This document shows, piece after piece, positions 60,555 to 64,000 of a stretch of 64,000 nt of DNA (position 1 is its first letter; each line of letters opens with the position of its first letter). Under the pieces are notes generated by a model that was not told the origin of the DNA, made no database searches, and was given only the letters and a program-made list of their open reading frames with translations. The translations under genes and the position numbers were made by a program. Origin of the DNA: Callorhinchus milii (lineage: Eukaryota); the NCBI RefSeq assembly GCF_018977255.1, contig NW_024704743.1, positions 85,810,001-85,874,000 of the forward strand, written 5' to 3'.

Positions 60555-63500
60555 GAGACTACCACTCTCTGCTTTCTATCTCCTATCCAGTTTTAGATCC
60601 ATGTTGCCACAGGCCCTTTAATACCATGGGCTTCTATTTTGTTAATAAGTCTCTTACGTGGCACTTTGTCAAATGCCTTTTGAAAATCTAGATAAACTAC
60701 ATCTACTGCATTACCTTCATCCACCTTCTCAGTCACTTCATCAAAAAATTCTATTAGGTTTGTCAGACACAATTTGCCTTTAACATATCCGTGTTGACTG
60801 TCCTGTATTAAACCATATTTTTCTAAGTGAGAATTTATATTGTCCCGGATTATAGTATCCAGAAATTTCCCTACTAATGATGTTAGGCTGATTGGCCTGT
60901 AGTTCTCAGGTTTATCCTTCTGCCCCTTTTTGTAGAGGGGAGTAACATTTGCAACCTTCCAGTCCGCTGGCACCACCCCAATGTCCAAAGAGGATTGAAA
61001 GATTATGGCCAGAGCCTCCGCTATTTTCCTCCCTTGCTTCCCTCAGTAACCTAGGATACATTCCGTCCAGACCAGGTGACTTATCAATGTTAAGCACCAA
61101 TAGCCTTTTTAGTATCTACTCTCTGTTGATTTTTATCAAATCTAATTTCTGTTCACACGCCTGTGATATTGTTGCATTGGTTGCATCGTCTTCTTTTGTG
61201 AAGACAATGGCAAAGTACTTATTTAGTACATCAGCCATGCCCTCTGCCTCAACAAGAAGATTTCCACTTCAGTGCCTAATTGGACCCACCCTACCTCTGA
61301 CTAACCTTTTACTCTTGATATATTTACAAAATACCTTAGGGTTCCCTTTTATGTTTCCTGCTAATCTTTTCTCATACAATCTCTTTGCCCTTCTTATTTC
61401 CCTTTTCACTTCTCCTCTGTACTTCCTATGTTCTATTTGATTATCCTGTGTGTTTCGGATCTGACATTTGTCATAAGGCTCCTTTTTCTGTTTTATTTTA
61501 ATCCCAATTTCCTTAGTCATCCAGGGAGATTTGACTGTCCTACTTTCCCCTATGTGGGAATGTATTTGCTCTGTCCCCAAACTATCTCCTCCTTGAAGGC
61601 TTCCCATTATTCATTTGCTGTCTACCTGCCAATCTTTCTTTCCAATCTATCTTGGCCAGGTCCCTTTTTAGCTCACTGAAATTAGCCCGCTTCCAGTTGA
61701 GGGTATTTATCTTTGATTGATCGTTGTCCTTTTCCATAACTATTGGTTAGAGCACTCGCTTTGCAAGTGAGAGACCTGAGTTCAATTCCAGGCAGGGCAA
61801 AACCTTGGGCAAGTTTCCTTACTCCACACGCCTAATAATAATCCCTCTAAAACCAAAAAACAATAATAAATTGGTCATTTTCAATCTACGACTGTTTGTG
61901 GGACATTGCTGTGCGCAATTGGCTGCCGCGTTCGCCCACAAATATACAGTCAATTCATTTTACAGTGTGTTCTGTGAAGCACTTTGGGACGTCCTCCCGA
62001 TGTGAAAAGCGCTATATCAAATGCGAGGATTATTATTATTATTATTATTATTGTAAACTAATGATATTGTGATCACTGTTATCCAGATGCTCTCCTAGTG
62101 AAACCTGCTCCACTTGCCCCACTTCATTTTCCAGAACTAAATCCAGCACTGCTTTCTTCCTCATTGAGCTGGAAACATGCTGATCCAGAAAGTTTTCCTG
62201 CACACATTTCAGGAATTCCTTCCCTTTTACACTGTGTGTTTCCCAGTCTATGTTAAGATGATTGAAGTCCCCCATTATCACTACTCTATTGGTTTTGCAT
62301 CTCTCCGAAATCTGCTTGCAGATTTGCTCATCTATCTCCTTCCCATTATTTGGAAGTCTATAGTAAATAACTAACAGAGTAACAGCTCTTTTTCTGCTCC
62401 TTAACTCTAACCAAATATATTCAGTTTTTGGACTCTCTAACATCTCGTCCTTTTCCAGGACCATGACTGTGTCCCTAATGAGTATTGCCACCCCTCCTCC
62501 ATTTTATCCTTCCCTATCCCTCCTGAATAGGTTGTAGCCAGGAATATTCAACTCCCATTCCTGTCCTTGCTTGGGCCAAGTCTCCATAATTGCCATATAT
62601 CATAGCCCCATGTGGCAACTTGAGCCTGCAGCTCACCAAGCTTATTGGTCACGCCTCGTGCATTTACACACATGCACTCCAAGACTGGCTTAATCCGCTC
62701 TACATTTCTCCTCTGTCTCTTTACACTTTTTGCTGGACTATACCTTGTTTCATTTTTATTTGTCTCTCCTCATCCACTATGTAACTCGCTTCCCCTCCCT
62801 GATGATACATTCTGAACCCCATCCCCCCTCAAAATCAGTTTAAACACTTCCCCACAGCATTTGTTATCCTTGTTGCAATGATATTGGTCCCAGCCCTGCT
62901 CAGGTGTAACCCAACCCTCATGTACATGTCCCTCTGCCCCAGAAGTGGTCCCAATGGTTTAGAAACCTGAAGCCCTCCTTCCTGCACCATTTCTCCAGAC
63001 AGGCATTCATGTGTTTGATCCTCCCGGTTTGGTATTCACTTGCTTAAGGCATTGGGAGTAATCCCGAGATCACCACCATTGAGGTTCTGCTCTTTCGTTT
63101 CTTCCCAAGCTTCTGATAATCTCCCTGTAGAGTCTCAGCCCTTTAATCACCAACATCATGGATCCCGACATGGACCACAACTTTCGGATTTTCCCCTTCT
63201 CCTTGAAGTATATTTTGCACCCGTTCCGTGACGTCATGCACCCTAGCCCCAGGGAGGCAGCATACCATGCACGAGTCCCGTCTTTTATGGCAGAAACATC
63301 TGTCTATCCCTTTAACTGTTGTATCCCCAATAACAACAGCATTGGCATTTTTCCCCTTGTCCCCCTGGACATCTATTACCTTTTGACTCTTCTCACCAGA
63401 GGTGTCCTCACCGGTATCCAGTACCGTGAACCGGTTTGTGAGTGCTACACTCTTAGGGGATTTCTGTACTGCCTGTTCTTTTTTTGCTCCATATCGGATG

Positions 63501-63570
63501 GTCATCCACTCACCCTTCTTCTGACCACCACCTGAATTCTCTGTGGCTGTGGGGTGACCACATCTGTTGG
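60555..63570 (-). mobile_element. CR1 LINE ~3 kb (ORF1 SGNH esterase, ORF2 APE endonuclease and partial RT), degenerate, RT end missing
   Basis: ORF1 AVVIGDTTVKGIDR..VCCLPGARV..VVVHVGIHD; endonuclease YYRLPN..VVIMGDFN..LDLVL..SDHNII; RT VPADWKVANVTPLYKKG..NYRPISLTS..SQHGY..CLTNLIEFF..VYLDFQKAFDKVP. Many frameshifts and stops. Confidence 0.95.
61744..62052 (+). mobile_element. Young SINE, slightly 5'-truncated, inserted antisense into CR1 ORF2
   Basis: Starts at tggttagagcactcg, ends in a long (ATT)n tail; tattg occurs on both sides. Confidence 0.95.
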
Positions 63571-64000
63571 GATTCCTTGCTTCATTGAAATCCTATTGAA
63601 TTTTATCATTCATTGATGAAATATAATTCTCTATTCAAGCATAATATTTTCCACTGGCAATGTCTAGTTTCAGATCCATATTCCCAGTGCAATTATCTCA
63701 ACACCTCATTCCACATTCTCCTTACATTCCTTCACAGAAAATAAAAAATAATTTCCCGTTCTCTGCTTACACCTCGCTCCGACCTCCTTTGTGCGAGATC
63801 TCAGCATATGCTGCTTTCCACAGCACCTCCTCCCTGCTGTCTTGTGTCTGTTTTAGCCATTATTTTATATCAGTGATATTTATTGGAATTTAATATCTTC
63901 AATAGACGTGCCAGCTTCCCGTAAGTAACAAATTCATGTTGAAAGGTCATTTGGCAAACTATCACTGGCAGATGTTTTGGGGTGAAATTAAATTACTTTA

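Overview
Repeat-dense, AT-rich vertebrate DNA with no host protein-coding exon that I could recognise, so it is probably a large intron or intergenic region. The repeat content points to a cartilaginous fish, possibly a chimaera; this is an inference. The window holds: (1) a young tRNA-Ala-derived SINE with an (ATT)n tail in short and long forms; (2) many old SacSINE1/Deu-type SINEs and LF-SINE-like relics; (3) many L2 LINE fragments whose 3' stem-loop is shared with the SINEs; (4) CR1 LINE pieces, including a ~3 kb copy with ORF1 esterase, APE endonuclease and partial RT (60555-63570, minus strand); (5) a fossil RT of a different, RTE-X-like clade (12130-12890); (6) non-autonomous DNA transposons (Tigger/pogo-like, Kolobok-like); (7) a 313-bp near-perfect tandem duplication. 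The most interesting object is a ~226-bp palindromic insertion at 52762-52987. It has a 14-15 bp target-site duplication and a minimal hammerhead-ribozyme core at its centre, consistent with a Penelope-like, ribozyme-bearing non-autonomous retroelement. Two further fragments of it lie at ~14380 and ~37640. All family names come from recognition by eye, not database searches, and boundaries of old elements are approximate.
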